Shown in pieces: positions 43,388-57,241 of a DNA stretch of 64,000 nt (its first letter is position 1; each line of letters starts with the position of its first letter). The position numbers and the translations under genes are program-made. The DNA is from Phyllobates terribilis (lineage: Eukaryota): assembly GCF_046119375.1 (NCBI RefSeq), contig NW_027362797.1, forward strand, positions 1,612,001-1,676,000, read 5' to 3'. Below the pieces are notes generated by a model. The model saw only the letters and a list, made by a program, of their open reading frames with translations, was not told the DNA's origin and did no database searches.

Positions 43388-46300
43388 GTGGTGCTGGACG
43401 GTATCCCCATGAGTGCCTTGCTGGATACCGGGTCGCAAGTAACTACTATCCCTTATGTACTTTTTAAGCAGTATTGGACTGATGCTGATATAACACGGTA
43501 TCCAGACAATGACTTGAGCATCATCGCCAGTAATGGCTTGCCCGTGCCGCAGATGGGGTTCAAAGAGATGACCATTAAGATTGGTAAAGTTGAACTGTCA
43601 GCACAGGGGGTGATTATTGTGGACATTGACCGTCGTGAAAGTCACCCTAAAATAACTGTGGGTACTAACGTGATTGAAAATTGTCTTTCAGAGATAATTG
43701 TAATTTTACAGCAGGTGGCGGTGAATGCTAGTTCCAGCCAACAGAGAGTCCTCAACAAAGAGATAAAGGCTCTGATGAGGTGGCAGCAGGTAGAACTGTC
43801 TAGTGGTGAGATCGGTAGCGTAAGAATGAGTGACCCATTCCCCATTTCCATGCCTCCCAAAAGTGAAATGATGATCTGGTGTCGGACTGCAATCGGGTTG
43901 AGAGGCAGAGACTACCAAGCCATGGTAGAACCCGTGTACTCCGACAGCAGGCCCACCATTTTGACAGCCCGGGGGGTGGTTGATGTCCGTCATGGGAGGG
44001 TGCCCGTTCGCATCCTCAACATTGAGGAGAGGGAGGTACACTTACCCAGGTACGCTACACTTGCCAAACTGTTTGCTGTTGAACACAAAGCTATCAGGGC
44101 CGTGGAACCGTTGCCCCCATCTCCACAGGCGGAGGGTAATGGCTCCCAGAAACAAAAGGAGGACTGGTGCCAGAAACTCCATTTGGGTGCTGACTCCACT
44201 CCCCTGCACCAAAAACAAGGAGTCTACCGGGTGGTTCAGGAGTACGAGAGAATTTTTAGTAAGCACCCGCTAGACTTCGGCCGAGTAAAGGGAGTAGAAC
44301 ACCATATCCCCACGGGAAGCCACCCACCAATAAAAGAGAGACACAGACCTGTACCCCCTGCACATTATCAGAACGCAAAGGGCATGCTGAGAGAAATGAA
44401 AGAAGCTGGGGTCATTAGAGATAGCTGTAGCCCCTGGGCAGCCCCCTTGGTTCTGGTAAAAAAGAAAGACGGTACCATGAGAATGTGCGTGGACTATAGA
44501 CAAATCAACCGTATCACTCATAAAGACGCGTACCCGTTACCTAGGATAGAGAAGTCTTTGGCAGCCCTAAAATCAGCTAACATCTTCTCTACGTTGGACC
44601 TTACTAGTGGGTACTGGCAGGTTCCTGTGGCAGAGGCTGACAAGGAGAAGACCGCCTTCACCACCCCGATGGGATTGAGCGAATTCAACTGTATGCCCTT
44701 CGGGCTCTGCAACGCACCAGGGACCTTCCAGAGGCTGATGGAATGCTGTCTAGGGCACCGAAACTTCGAGACGGTCCTACTTTACCTGGACGACGTGATC
44801 GTCTATTCGAAGACCTACGAGGACCATCTAAAACACCTGGCAGAGGTGTTCGAAGCCCTGGCAGGCTATGGCCTGAAGGTGAAACCATCAAAGTGTCACC
44901 TGTTGAAACCGAAGGTCCAGTACCTAGGGCACGTGGTGAGTGCAGAAGGAGTAGCCCCCGACCCTGACAAAGTCACAGTAATCAAGAGCTGGCCAAGCCC
45001 CTCAAACATCAAAGAATTGAGGCAGTTCCTCGGGTTGGTGGGCTACTACCGAAGGTTCATCCCCGGGTTCACTAAGATGGCAGCTCGAATGCAGGACCTC
45101 CTGATAGGTCAATCCAAATCCAGAAGTCAAAACCACCCTTCAAGTGGGACAAGCCGGAAGAGGAGTCCTTCCGCCAGTTGAAGATGGCCCTCACGGGGGA
45201 TGAGATCCTGGCCTACCCCGATTATGGCCAGCCTTTTATCCTCCACACAGACGCCAGTAATGTGGGGCTGGGAGCCGTACTGTCACAAAACCAACAGGGC
45301 AGAGAAAGGGTGATCGCATATGCCAGCCGGAAGCTGAGGCCCACTGAAAGAAACCTGGAGAATTACAGCTCCTTCAAGCTAGAATTCTTGGCAGTGGTGT
45401 GGGCCGTCACAGAACGGTTTAAGCATTACCTGGCCTCCGCAAAGTTCACCGTGTACACGGACAACAACCCGTTGACACACCTGGACAATGCAAGACTAGG
45501 TGCCCTAGAGCAGCGGTGGATGGCGCGACTCTCGAATTATGACTTCACGATCAAGTACCGGGCAGGCAGAACCAATGCCAATGCTGACACCCTATCAAGA
45601 ATGCTTCACTTACCTGACGGAGGCGAAGACCCAGAAGAGCTGGAGGAGGTAGAACTCCCTGCGTTTCACCAGTATGGAGCAACTCAATACTCCCACCGCG
45701 TGAAGGAGGAAGACTTAACAACCATCATGATCAAGCCGAGACCCAAGATAGTGACCCTGCAATCCGCATGGTGAAAGACCTGCAGACCCGGGAAGATGCC
45801 CGTCTAGATCCGGATGCTCCAGAGGAAGCCAAGCAGCTATGGAAAGAGAAGAGCAGGCTGTTCCTCTATGAAGGTAAGCTGTGCAGGAGACTCGTCAACC
45901 ACCGGATTCATGAGCTGACCTGGCAAGTCGTGGTCCCAAGGCGAGATGCAGCTATGGTCCTGGAGGCTTACCATGACAGAGTGGGGCACTTCGGCTGGAA
46001 GAAACTGGAGTTCCTGCTAAGAGGATGGTTTTTCTGGATCGGCATGAGAGGGGCTGTAGAGAAGTGATGCAAAGACTGTGGCCCTTGTAATCTAAGGAGG
46101 AAGGACCGCACCAGCCAGAAGACACCCTTGAGGCCCATTGTCACCAAGCAGCCTCTTGAGCTGGTAGCTCTGGACCACGTCAAATTGGCTCCAAGCCGGT
46201 CAGGATACGTTTATGCCCTGACAATCGTGAACCACTATTCCCGATTTCTAGTGGTGGTCCCTGTAAAAGACTTGACAGCTCAAATGGCGGCCAGAGCCTT

Positions 46301-47429
46301 CCAGCAATATTTCTGCCTCCCACACGGGTATCCGGAACAGGTCCTGACAGACCAGGGTCCAGCGTTCGAGGCTGAAATCTTCCAAGAGTTCTGCAACCTC
46401 TATGGCTGTAAGAAGATTCGGACAACGCCTTACCACCCACAAACCAACGGGATGTGTGAGAAAATGAACAATATAGTCATTGATCTCCTGAAGACGTTGC
46501 CCCTGGAGGAACGCAGCCTGTGGCCAGAAAAACTGCTGGACCTGATAGACTTATACAATCATATCCCGGTGAATGCTACAAACTGCACCCCGGCTTACCT
46601 GATGCGAGCCAAACCAGGTAAGCTGCCCATAGACCTGGAGATGGGAGTCCTAACACCCGAGGACACCTCCCCAGATGCGGACTGGGATACGGAAAGGCGA
46701 CTGCAGTAGAAGAAGGTACAGGAGAGTGTGAAGAAGAGCCTGGCCCAGGTGAGAGAAAGGCAAGAGAGACTCTTCAACCAACACGCCCCTGCTGGTCCCC
46801 TAGAACCCGGTGAGCAGGTCCTGAAGCGATAGAGAAGGCTACACAAGCTGGACGACCAGTGGGAAAGGGAACCCTACACAGAACTGCAGTCTGATCACGA
46901 CAACCCGAAGGTGTGCGTGATCACCAAGGATGGAGGAGAAACCACTAGTACCGTCTCCAGAGATCACCTAAAAAGGTGCCCCGAGCAACTACAAAGTGCA
47001 GAAGAGGATCAAAGTGACCTTGAACCCGCAGAGGACAAGGAAGAGATGATCAGCACAGTTCTTGGGGAGTTCCCTCAGTCCTGGACTCGAATAAACAATG
47101 CCATAGTGGTACCCGTCCTACATTTCCTGCAACTAATTCAGCAACAACCTACACTAGAGCAGGAAGGGGAAGAAGAACAAGCAGCCCCAGAGGCAGAAGA
47201 GCCTGTACCAGCAGCCCAGGAGAATCAACCCTCTGCTGACAATGAGCCTGCCATGCCTGCGGTAAGCCAAAGGACCCGCAGACAGCTGCCTGCCCTGCCT
47301 GTAAATCTAGCCAATGACTGCACCCCGAGCGCTAGTGAGAAAAGCCAGGTTAGACCACCACCAGACAGTTGGTTACGTAGGTCAACCCGGAGCACTAAAG
47401 GGCAAATACCAGCTCGCTGGAGAGTGTAG
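43388..47429 (+). pseudogene. Gypsy C pol (PR-RT-RH-INT), several frameshifts and stops
   Basis: LLDTGSQVT, LDLTSGYWQ, YLDD, LHTDAS, YTDN, ALDHV/TDQG/EKMN, C-terminal LRRSTRSTKG tail. Confidence 0.94.
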
Positions 47430-47828
47430 GGTGTGATAGCAAATGTAAATAGCCTGCAAAATGTTGAATTGTTTAAAATGTAATTGCATGACCAGTAACT
47501 ACGCTTTTTCTCAGTTTCTTTCAGTTAATACATGGACTAACAGGTTATGAACTGTGAGTAACCGAGACTTTCCTGTAAATATGTTTGGAGCTTAACCAAC
47601 GGAAGGAACAAGGACTGTCAAAGACTTGGGGCTACGGCAGACTCCCACCTGGTTTGAGCTCCCCGTTGTTGTTGGTGAGATGGACACCTGGTCACAGACC
47701 ACACTGTGACCTTAAGAACTCAACCTGTGCGTCGTTTGCTTTTACTTGCCTAATAATGTTTTTATGGTCATGCATATTACTCTTGTTTTAAGCTTAGTCC
47801 CGGAGTACTAAGTTTTACTAGGGGGGAA

Positions 47829-48850
47829 TGTGTCACCCTGGCCTGGATGCCACAAATGTATAATAAAGCTTTGTCTGAGAGCAGGAGGGAGGTTCTCTGG
47901 TCAGGGACCATTAGCATGCAGCACATCCTGTCCCAGGCCAGTAGGGGGAGCAGGCTGCCCCTATAAAAGCTGGAAATGGGGGCAGGGTTAGAGAGAGCTG
48001 GACGACCTGTCTCTGAAGCGAGAGGCGTCCCAGAGAAGGGAGAGTCAGTTGAGCTGTAGCTGAGGAGGTCATGTGGCAGTAGAGGAGCCACGAGCCAGGG
48101 ACGGAAGGCGAGGTGAGCCTGTCCTGGCTGAGAGAGAAACTGATCTACCGGACTTTGGTGTCCGAGGCTGTCAGAATTCCAAGTCCTACAGCAAATAACC
48201 AGCCCGCAGGGGATTGTATGTCCCTTGGCCTAAGAAGCCCGGAGGTTCCGCCACAGCAGAAGGGACCAGCAAAGTTGCACCAGGTCAAGAGTAGAAAGGG
48301 ACCCAAGTTGCAAGCCATACGGGCGAGAAGACACGGCGAGCTCAGGAACGTGGGCTGTTACACCACGAGGAGGGAAATAGCCAGAAAGAGTGCAGAGAGC
48401 ACAGTAGGCCTTCACCCTCACCTTGACCAGGAGGGCTTCCCACTTGTTCTCAGACATCCAGGCCCCCTCATAGCCGGGACTGTTTTTGGGTCGTCTCACC
48501 TGTTCCAATAAAGACTCTGAACTGTTCAAGGGGCCTCCGTTTCCTGGCTATTGCGATCGGAATCATCCCCTCCATCATCCACTTACACTGCCCTGGGGCT
48601 ACACTCCTCCCGTGGGGAGTTATACTACTCCGTGCTGCACACTTACATCTGCCCCAGCGGTCTGCACTGCAGCTGCGGTTATCCCTGACTGCAATCCACG
48701 GGTGGCGTAGTCGGAACTTCCCATACATATAACAAAAGACGGTTCCCCTTTAAGCCTGACACCCTGAGCACGGGACCGGGTCGCCACTACTACTCCCCAT
48801 CTGCATCCAGAGGCCCGGCCCTGAGTATCCCACGGCCCAGGGGCAAGTCA
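47829..48850 (+). repeat. Gypsy C 3' LTR (1,022 bp)
   Basis: Direct repeat of the 5' LTR. Confidence 0.96.
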
Positions 48851-49896
48851 GATAGTTGTCTCAGCTCAGCATTTGAAGTAGCACATTTTTGCTGAGAATT
48901 ATTGTATTTGTTAATAGCAGCCAACCTTGCTGGGTGATCTCTGATGCGGGGTTGCTCGATGCTGGGAAGGTTTTAAAAGGTCGCTGTCCACCTACTCCTC
49001 ATTTAGAGCCTCTGACCATCTCAATATCAAAGAATCCATTTGAGTTTAGATTCTCTATTTTTGTTTTATTGGATTATCTGTAGGAGAATGCAGCAATTAT
49101 TTGCGCTGGTCTTTAGGAGGTGACAGAATTCTCTGATCTGTACCTCTCTGATATAGTTGTCCAGCTTTGCGAATATCTTCTGCAGTTGTGGAGGAAAATG
49201 CTACTATATCTCTTGGGTTAGAGCAAAAGATTTATTGCTGCCTGTCTTGTATATAACAGTTGCGTTATCAAATTGCCAATAGATGGAGGTGGGACTGTAG
49301 TGACGGTTGGGAGAGTCTCTTGACTATTCTCAGGGTTGTGAAATAACTGAGGGTTGTTTGACCAGTGTCCACCACAGTTGCACTACGAGTAGTAGTGTTT
49401 AGTGATGATTGAGCGCTAAAATGTTCGAGTGCTCGTTATTCGAATTGAGCAGGTCAGACGCTCAGACGGGCTCAACTCAAGTACCGAATATAATGGAAGT
49501 CAAAGGGAAACTCGAGCATTTTTCCGGAAGACGCTAACAGGAGGGCTGGGGAGGCAGGAAAATCACTGAATTGGATGGAAACAGTGCTCAAATTGAATGG
49601 GAACAGCATGGGGAAGGTGCCTGGATGCATCTCTTACTTCCAGATCGCTGCTGGGAACGATGTTGTCAGAGTATTACTCCACTTTTACAGACTGACAACA
49701 AAATGTACAAAACCGAAGAGTTCTTTCCTGTATAATGACTTGTGTATAGGGCAAAATAAAAAAGAGGAAAAAAACCTGCCTTTTCCACCTCTTAATAGCC
49801 GCGCCACGCTCACCGTATTTACCCGTTGCCTATGACTACAGTAGATGACATAGTAGAGGGGGAAATAAATCTGCACCCACCGGAAGTCACCGGTAA

Positions 49897-50749
49897 GGGT
49901 ATGTGCACACGATGCAGAAAATTTCTGCATCATTTCTGCATCTCCCTGGCAGAAAAAACGCATGCAGATTGTGCATGCGTTTTTCCTGCAGAATACATGC
50001 GGATCCACATGCAGATTGACATGCGTTTCCGCATGCAGATTGACAAGCGCTTTCCAGGCGATTTTAGCATCACCTGGAAAGTGCTTGACAACTAGGTCAC
50101 ACTATATAATCCATGCAAACAGCATGGATTTATATAGTGTGACCCGAGAGAGTGTATATACTTACCTCCGATGGCCCGCGCTGTCCTGCTTTACAAAGTT
50201 CCCGGCTGCCGGCAACTTTGAATTGAAAGACCTGCCGACGTCAGCGTCACGTGACCCGTCACATGACTCTGACGTCACCGCAGGTCCTACAACTCACTGC
50301 AAGTGCCGGGAACCAAGCGGGAGCGCTGCGCGGGCCGACAGATGGTAAGTATACATTTATTTTTTATTTTATTCTTTTTTTTACAGCTTTTTTAATGGTA
50401 CCTGGGTGTGGATGAGACTCTCCTCTCCTCCACACTCGGGTACCATTTGCATATTAGAACGCGCCAATAACGCAAGTACAAATGCTGTCTTGCGGAATTG
50501 GCGCGTTCTAATGCAAGTCAATGGCGGTGAAATCGCCGCGTTTCCGCAAAATTAATTGACATGCTGCGGATTTTTGACCGCAGCGTTGACGCTGCGGAAA
50601 AATCCGCATCATGGGCACAGCACATGCGGATTTCCATTGGGGAACATTGCTTCCCTTCTACCATGCGTTTTTCATGCGTTTCCGCGGCGTTTACGCAACT
50701 GCAAAAACGCCGCGGAAACGCATGAAATACGCATCGTGTGAACTCAGCC
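49897..50749 (+). mobile_element. PIF/Harbinger-like MITE
   Basis: TAA on both sides; imperfect TIR GGGTATGTGCACACGATGC / GGCTGAGTTCACACGATGC; central hairpin 50160-50350. Confidence 0.7.
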
Positions 50750-51232
50750 TAAATGTAATTTTAATATTTTAGTACCTTATCTGGGCATGTGGTGTGTGTG
50801 ACCTGGTCAGACACATCCTGTTTAATTTATGAAGGAGGGACTCTGAAACTCACAAAGCCTATGCAGAAAATGCAAGAACTGCCAAAAATTAGAAGGAAGA
50901 GGGACTCCGATACACCATGTATTAGACATAAAGGCGGGCCTCATGCACATTCTGTTAAAATTGTTCGGTAGTGATACTGCTAGACTCATATAGTCTATGC
51001 ACTACGTGCAAGAGCCGCCAAAAATTAGAAGGAGGGACTGCAATACACCTTGGAAGACACGTATAGAAGGGCCTCAGAAAACATTTTTCCCAGCGATTAA
51101 AATTACTGTAACAGCAATTAAACATTGACTATATGCCTGCCATAATCTAAGCTCTCTCTCCTAGATCAACTCTCCCTGAACTGCTTCAAGAGGAGTGGGG
51201 GCCGAGCATCGCGTCACCGAGTCTTATATAAG

Positions 51233-51818
51233 TGTCACGGGTGTGTCTGATGCAACAGACAGTCGCTCTGGATCTGTTTGTAGAAGGTCACTGCGTCCGG
51301 CATTGCAGACGCTGTCTTAATTCATCTGCTATTAGGACCCAGCGGCTACCTCCCTTCTGCTCAGATTGACACACCCTAGTATGGGTGTTTAAAAACTATC
51401 AGTCTGCTTCAGGGTTTCACCGGTGATATTTTTATTTTCATTGGCTCTGACTTGGAGTACTAGCAGTCGGCTAAGATTCTTCTCTGGTGCCCTTGGAGGA
51501 CTGTTGGCGTTGCTCCTCTGGTGTCTGCTCAAGCTAAATTATCCCCTTTGTTTGACTACCTTGTTGTCTTTAGTTTGTAGTGGGGCCTGACTAGTGCTCA
51601 CCCCCTCCACCTCCCTATCTTGGGCCAAGCTCTTTGGGTATAAACAGGGCTTAGGTTTCCTGCTTGGCGATTGGTGTGAAACCAATATAGGAATGGTAGG
51701 GTAGGCAGGGCATTATTAGATCTGCCTAGGGGTCTCAACTCCCCCTTTCTCTAGTGTTTGGCCTTCCTTCCCCTCTTTTCTTCTTGTTGCACTTAGTCTT
51801 CCTACATTGTGTGTGACA
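51233..51818. mobile_element. Solo LTR (586 bp)
   Basis: TGTCAC...GTGACA ends and 5-bp TSD ATAAG (51228-51232, 51819-51823). Confidence 0.9.
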
Positions 51819-52468
51819 ATAAGACCCAATGACGCGATGCGGCAGGCCAATCACAGTAAAGCCAGTAGCCAACATGGCTACGGCATTACCGTGTATGGCA
51901 GAAAATCCCAACATGTTTATTGGCTGTCTAACAGCTGAGAAACATGCAGGGCGGGGACTTCAGCATGGCGCTCGATCGCCCGCAATACTAGATTGAGTAA
52001 GGAGCTTACCCGAGCACCCCAATGCTCTATCGAGTATCGAGCAGTGGCGAGCACGTTTGCTCATCACTAGTAGTGATATGATAATCGGACACTTATCAGT
52101 TAGATCTTGTCTAGTAGACATCCTAACATATTGGAGCTGTACTACTAATGGAGTTATAAATGAGGCTGATCCAGACCTAAATATTGGTCCTGAAATATTT
52201 GGGGTAAGACCTCTGATGATTGGTAACTTGTGGAGCACCAGGTTCTGATACGGAGGAGTTTAAATGAGAAATGCCTCTTGTAAGTGATACGTTTTCTGCT
52301 TGTCACCTGTTATCTGGAGCTGGTGAGCTCTAATCATCATGAGATGGGTGGGAAAGCAATGAATCAGGTTATTTAATACATTATTCAGTTCAGATGTTAA
52401 ACTTAATTTTATATTTTAATTATTGTAATGGCTCACAATCTAATTATTGGTATTGTTGTGGCTTACAA

Positions 52469-52648
52469 TGTAAACTCCCTATCCATATGTCTTTAGAGTG
52501 TGGGAGGAAACCGGAGTACCCGGAGGAAACCCACGCAATCATGGGGAGAACATACAAACTCCTTGCTGATGTTGTCTTGGCGGGATTGGATCCCCGGACC
52601 CCAGTGCTGCAAGGCTTCAGTGCTAACCACTGAGCCACCGTGCTGCCC
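52469..52648 (-). mobile_element. tRNA-derived V-SINE-type SINE, 3'-truncated
   Basis: Minus strand gggcagcacggTGGCTCAGTGGttagc (A box), GGATCCAATCC (B-box-like), core gggtttcctccgggtactccggtttcctcccac. Confidence 0.88.
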
Positions 52649-52747
52649 AAAACGTAATTCAGACAAGTTGTTTCCGTTACAACAGCTCCATCCATCGCTT
52701 CTTCAGCCTTGTACTGTATAGCGAGGAGAGCTGTCCGCCTTGTCTCT

Positions 52748-52865
52748 TCACCCTGAGTTGCTCTTGTTGCTGTGACATCCTAACGTGGTGGCCAGTTGAT
52801 GTATTCGAGCTCCACAGCGGCGGCAATAACATTTATTCTTTGGTATTTTATTGAAACGCCCGCAT
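52748..52865 (-). CDS. gcna: GCNA/ACRC-like gene, last coding exon (second half of zinc finger, stop)
   Basis: Acceptor ctttgtAG; phase 2; (K)CGRFNKIPKNKCYCRRCGARIHQL...SG*. Confidence 0.8.
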
Positions 52866-53138
52866 CTACAAAGATAGAAGGAATATTGGTTAACAGACTG
52901 GCATGAATGTTGGTTAGTACCATGGATTGTATCAAAAAGTATAAATTGTAAAAAAAAATATGAATAACTGTCTGTAGGCAACAAAATATAATATGTAGCA
53001 TCCTCAACCCTACAGCTTCCAGACGTCAGTCTACTCTGATAGTAGTAAAATATAGAAGCGTAATACCAACAGAGCCGCACCGGTGTCATTCCACAGTGAT
53101 TGCGTTTCATGAGGTATAGAATCATGAGATTTACTTAC

Positions 53139-53346
53139 TTGTTATTACATAAAGTACATTGATAGTAGAAGTTATACTTTATGATATAATTGTGATACTT
53201 CGTCACGTCTGGCAGCTCAGGATGGATGGATTTGATGCTTTTTGCATAATCCTGCCATAACGGTCCATGGTTGTCGTTAATTTCACCGTTGATCAACCAG
53301 CAGGCAGCATGGCACATCTTGTGTGCAAGTGTGGATCGCAATCGCT
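53139..53346 (-). CDS. gcna: GCNA/ACRC-like gene, SprT active-site exon (208 nt)
   Basis: ttttcAG / GTAAGT; (E)RLRSTLAHKMCHAACWLING...HGPLWQ...IHPELPDVTKYHNY...YQCTLC, recognisable GCNA SprT motifs. Confidence 0.9.
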
Positions 53347-55405
53347 CTGAAAATAAAAGAGTTTATACAGGCATGAGATGAACTAAGTACACCCTGTTTG
53401 AAGTCTTTGGTTTTACATATCAGGATATAATAAAACATATGTGGTCCTTAGAAGATCTTCAAAGAAGGGAGATACAATCTGAGATGAACAACTCCATGTC
53501 ATTATTTATTTATCAAAAACTGTGAGAAAAATTAGATGCATCCCAAGAATCAATAGCTTGGTAAGCAAGCCCATGTGGATGAACAGTTAATTAATGGGAA
53601 CCTGTCAGTTCCGGTAGTCCTGTTAACCTGCAGATATAGGGTTAATCAGCAGGTCACTAGTGCTATGAAGGTGCCTGGCCACAGCACTGGAAGTGTGACA
53701 CCAGGAAGAAAATGAACTTTATTTCCCACAGAAGCTGCCGGCTGTCAGTCATGTGACGCACCCCCTGGGCCATGTGCAAGGGATACCCGGAGCCGGATCT
53801 GGATAGGGGTAGTAGTCCTTGTGGCGGTGACCCGGTCCGTGCCCAGGGTGTCAAACTAAGTGGCAGTCTATGGCAGTAGATGTTAACTTGATTGTCGACT
53901 ACGCCACCCGTTGAGTGCGGCTTTGACGCCGCCGCTGCAGAGCAGTCCGCTGAGGCCGGTGGTATATGTGCAGCAGTGATGGTATAACCCCCAACGGGAG
54001 GGGTATGGCCTCAGGGCAGCAGGTGTGGATGATGGGGGTTGTGATGATGCAGAAAGAAGACTCAGAGTCAGGAGATGCAGTTCAGGGTTTTTACTTACTG
54101 GTGTTCTTTTGGTCACTCTGGCCTTGAGTGACCACCCGAGCCGTGCTGCGTCCACCAGGTCCTGGACTCGGCTAACCCCCAGGCGATTCCGGAGCGTGGT
54201 CCTGAGCTCCCTTCTGACTCTCTCTCTCTCTCTCTGGCTGTTCCCACCAGGGATCCACCTGTGTCCGGCTCCCTCGGGTCTCTTGTTGGTTAAACCTTCC
54301 CTGGCTTCCCTGACCCTATGCTCGGTGTGCCATTCTGGTGGATTTGGTGAGGGTCGTGGCAGATCCTGCCCACGACCTCCGGTTCCTGGCTAAGGTTTGT
54401 TTTGGCCTCTGCCAGCTTGGGATCCGGTACCCTTGTCCGCCAACCCTTCACCCTTTTGTCTTTATTCTGGGGTCTTGGGGTTCCCTTCTTGTCTTTCTCT
54501 CTGGGTCCTTCTTTTCTCCTCTCTCCCTCTGCAGGCTTGGCTCTGGAGCTGGGCCCAGCCGGAGCCACAGCTCCCTGTCAGCCCTCCTGGCTGAGCTCCT
54601 CTGCTCTGCTCCTCAGGCTAAAAAGACCCTGTCCTAAGATGGTGCCCACCATATATACTCCCTCTATGTGTGAGCCCAGGTGACTAGCACCCAATGAGCT
54701 CCTAGCTTTACCCAGACTACTCCCCCTATCTGCCCCTACACTACTGGGATGTTCCACCCCCCTCCCACTCCAGCCAGGGACAGACGCTGTCGTACCTGCA
54801 CATATACTGGTGGGAGTACCGTAGTTCTGTCCCCCGGAAATGGGATGTATGTAGTGCATGCAGCCTACTGAGTCCTGGTCCACACTCCATCCTTACCCGG
54901 GAGTGGAATACCACACCTCTGGCTTGAGGTGTAATACCCCTGTAGCAGCCGAATCCTCAGGGTGCTACATTCCCCCCTGGTAAATCACAGCACGTCCTCG
55001 GGCTGTAAAAGAGCAAAATATCCAAAAACATACAAAATTTTTGCAAAAACATCATAAACATATAAAACACTATATATATATCAGCAGCATAATACTCTTC
55101 ATATAAAACATTTTTGACCTCTGGCCACTTGTGCAAATTGTGACCAGGTAAGTGCCACAGTCTCTGGTAGAAAAAACAGTTTCCTATAAAACCGGTAGGG
55201 GGCACTTTAGGAAGCGCAACTATATACAAAGGGATATGGCCGCTCTCAGTCCTCGGCCAGTGGGGAAAAAGGGATGGCTGCTCACAGTCCTCAGCCTGTG
55301 GGGAGATGGGACACACTGGAACAGTTCACTGGTCCCAACGGGGACTATAATGGTAACAGTTATTGTACCTTCACGGGTAACTATTTACAGTGCTCCTACT
55401 GTACA

Positions 55406-57007
55406 TCAGTGGCGACGTCCTCCAGCTCCTTCCTCCGTGTACCCTTCAGACCCGTCCGGGTCCTCTTGCTCCTCCTGACACCTCAGCTCTTTCTCTGTCA
55501 GTCGGTGTACATGAAGGGCATAGGGTCCTTTGGCACATTGGTGCCGGGTGAAGGTGACCTCATCACCCAGGTAAAGGTCACGACCTCTGTGTCCCTCCGG
55601 TAGGTGGGACTCGACATCTCTTCTGGTCACGAAGACGTCGCCGGGGGTGTGATGATCTCTGATGAAGACCCAAACGTGCTGCAGTTGGAATTTGATTACA
55701 GTCCCGGTGGCACGGGGACCGTGGGCTGCACGGGGGTTCCTTCGGGTCCGGCTCTTTTGTTCTGCACTCTTTACTTGCAGCCGCTCCTCGCGAACCCGTC
55801 TCTCTCTCCGTTCTCGCTCAAAGACTTCCAACTGCTGGCGGCAGCACTCTGCACGCTCCGCTGCAGCCGCCCGGGTCTCTTGAGTGAACCCGATGAGGTC
55901 TCCTCCAGTGGGGTCCCACGCAAACTGCGCTTCCTCCAGCGAGAGTGGGGTGATCTTGGCGGGCGCCGGAGCCGGGATCAGGGGCTCATCCAGGGGCCTT
56001 TCCTTCCGGAGTCGGGGATGGTAGTACTCCGGTGGCCACTCAAAGGGCTGCCCATCCGGGCAAGTGTGTTGGGCAAACAAGTCTTCACCCAGGTGCGGCA
56101 CAGTGGAAGTTGAGGGCGCGGTGGTGGCAGCGGCGCCCGGGATCACTAGGCCTTGCGACCAGGCTTGGGGTACCCTGAAGGTAAAGGGCACCGTGAAGAC
56201 GGCGGCGCCCGGGGGCACTCGGCCTTGCGACCAGGCCGGTGGCGTCTCCTGCTTGGCCGCGCTCAGGGTTGAGGCGCGTGACGTCACAGGGGGCGTGGTC
56301 GCGGCTCCTGCTTGGGGCCTAGTCTGGAGCGGTAGCGGTGCGGCAACGGGCACGATCAGTGGGGCTTCGGGCTCTGCGACGGGGAGTGGGGGTAGGCTTA
56401 CGGTGGCTGGGCTTGGGGTAGTGACGTCCCCTTTACTTGCCTCCGTCTCTTCAGCTCCCTCTGCGGCGTCGTCTCCGGCCTCCGTCCCTTCTGCATCCTC
56501 TTCAGGGGCAGGCGTGCTCCTCGTTGCAGGTGGTGTGCTCCGCTGGCGGGTTCCAGCCTGCTGGGCCATCTCCCTGCTCCACTCCGTCAGTGTTTCTCGC
56601 TGCACCTGGGCCATCCTCCGTGCGAGGCCCTCCAGCGCGGTCTGTGCACGCTCCCGGTCTCGGGGGAGCTGTGCCAGGATCTCCACCAGGTCTTGTGGAG
56701 TGGTAGCTTGCATCAGGCTCCTGACCACAGGGTCGGTGCTGCCTGCCTCTCCCTCCATCTCCGGGTACGGCTCCTCCAGACTTCTCCAAGCTGCTCCCAT
56801 CTTCTCTCTTTTGTTCTGTCTCCGCCCACATTGAGGGCGGTCCTCGGGCAACTTGGTGATTGTCAGTTCCAGGGGCAGACCCCCCACGCTGATGGACATC
56901 TCAATCATTGCAGTCTCTGCTGTTGGGGGCGGTCTTCGTTTTTGGCGCCATTCTTGGTCCTGGCCCACGATGGGAGGTGGCCTCTTGCCACCCTCTGGCA
57001 CGCCCAT
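55406..57007 (-). CDS. 533-aa coiled-coil/Pro-rich protein with C-terminal cold-shock domain (~55499-55711)
   Basis: ATGTVIKFQLQHVWVFIRDHHTPGDVFVTRRDV...RDLYLGDEVTFTRHQCAKGPYALHVHRL follows the CSD pattern (GTVKWF, RNP1 GFI, RNP2 DVFV, V.F, KG..A.V); start codon uncertain (in-frame ATG also at 57283). Confidence 0.8.
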   Translation of the reverse strand: MGVPEGGKRPPPIVGQDQEWRQKRRPPPTAETAMIEMSISVGGLPLELTITKLPEDRPQCGRRQNKREKMGAAWRSLEEPYPEMEGEAGSTDPVVRSLMQATTPQDLVEILAQLPRDRERAQTALEGLARRMAQVQRETLTEWSREMAQQAGTRQRSTPPATRSTPAPEEDAEGTEAGDDAAEGAEETEASKGDVTTPSPATVSLPPLPVAEPEAPLIVPVAAPLPLQTRPQAGAATTPPVTSRASTLSAAKQETPPAWSQGRVPPGAAVFTVPFTFRVPQAWSQGLVIPGAAATTAPSTSTVPHLGEDLFAQHTCPDGQPFEWPPEYYHPRLRKERPLDEPLIPAPAPAKITPLSLEEAQFAWDPTGGDLIGFTQETRAAAAERAECCRQQLEVFERERRERRVREERLQVKSAEQKSRTRRNPRAAHGPRATGTVIKFQLQHVWVFIRDHHTPGDVFVTRRDVESHLPEGHRGRDLYLGDEVTFTRHQCAKGPYALHVHRLTEKELRCQEEQEDPDGSEGYTEEGAGGRRH

Positions 57008-57241
57008 AATGGCGTCCGCTCTGCCAGGGCGGGAAATCTTCTGAAATGGCGGGAACCGCTTCCCAGTGGCGGGAAACTCTGTGGATGGCGGGAAAAGACT
57101 GCAGAAGGCGGGCAAATGGCGGGAAACGATCCGAGATGGCGTCCGATGGCGGGGACCCTCCGGAATTGGCGGGAGACTTCTTTTTACGGTAAATATGAAC
57201 TTTTCTTCAGGCACGCAGTACCCGGTGGTTGCGGGCACGTT

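Larger units (their letters stand above)
40911..48850 (+). mobile_element. Gypsy C: non-chromoviral Ty3/Gypsy retrotransposon, tRNA-Ser primed, decayed
   Basis: LTRs 40911-41933 and 47829-48850 (~97% identical by manual count), 4-bp TSD GATA, PBS 41940-41957, PPT actaggggggaa before 47829. Confidence 0.97.
49400..52069. mobile_element. hAT-type non-autonomous element (2,670 bp) with nested MITE and solo LTR
   Basis: TAGTGATGA...TCATCACTA ends; flanks GTAGTGTT / GTAGTGAT (7/8 TSD); subterminal similarity to 30366-40592. Confidence 0.85.

Noticed and set aside
55659-55680. CTGATGA-containing hammerhead candidate
   Set aside because: Followed by CAAAC rather than GAAAC, has no stems, and is antisense to the CSD coding sequence.
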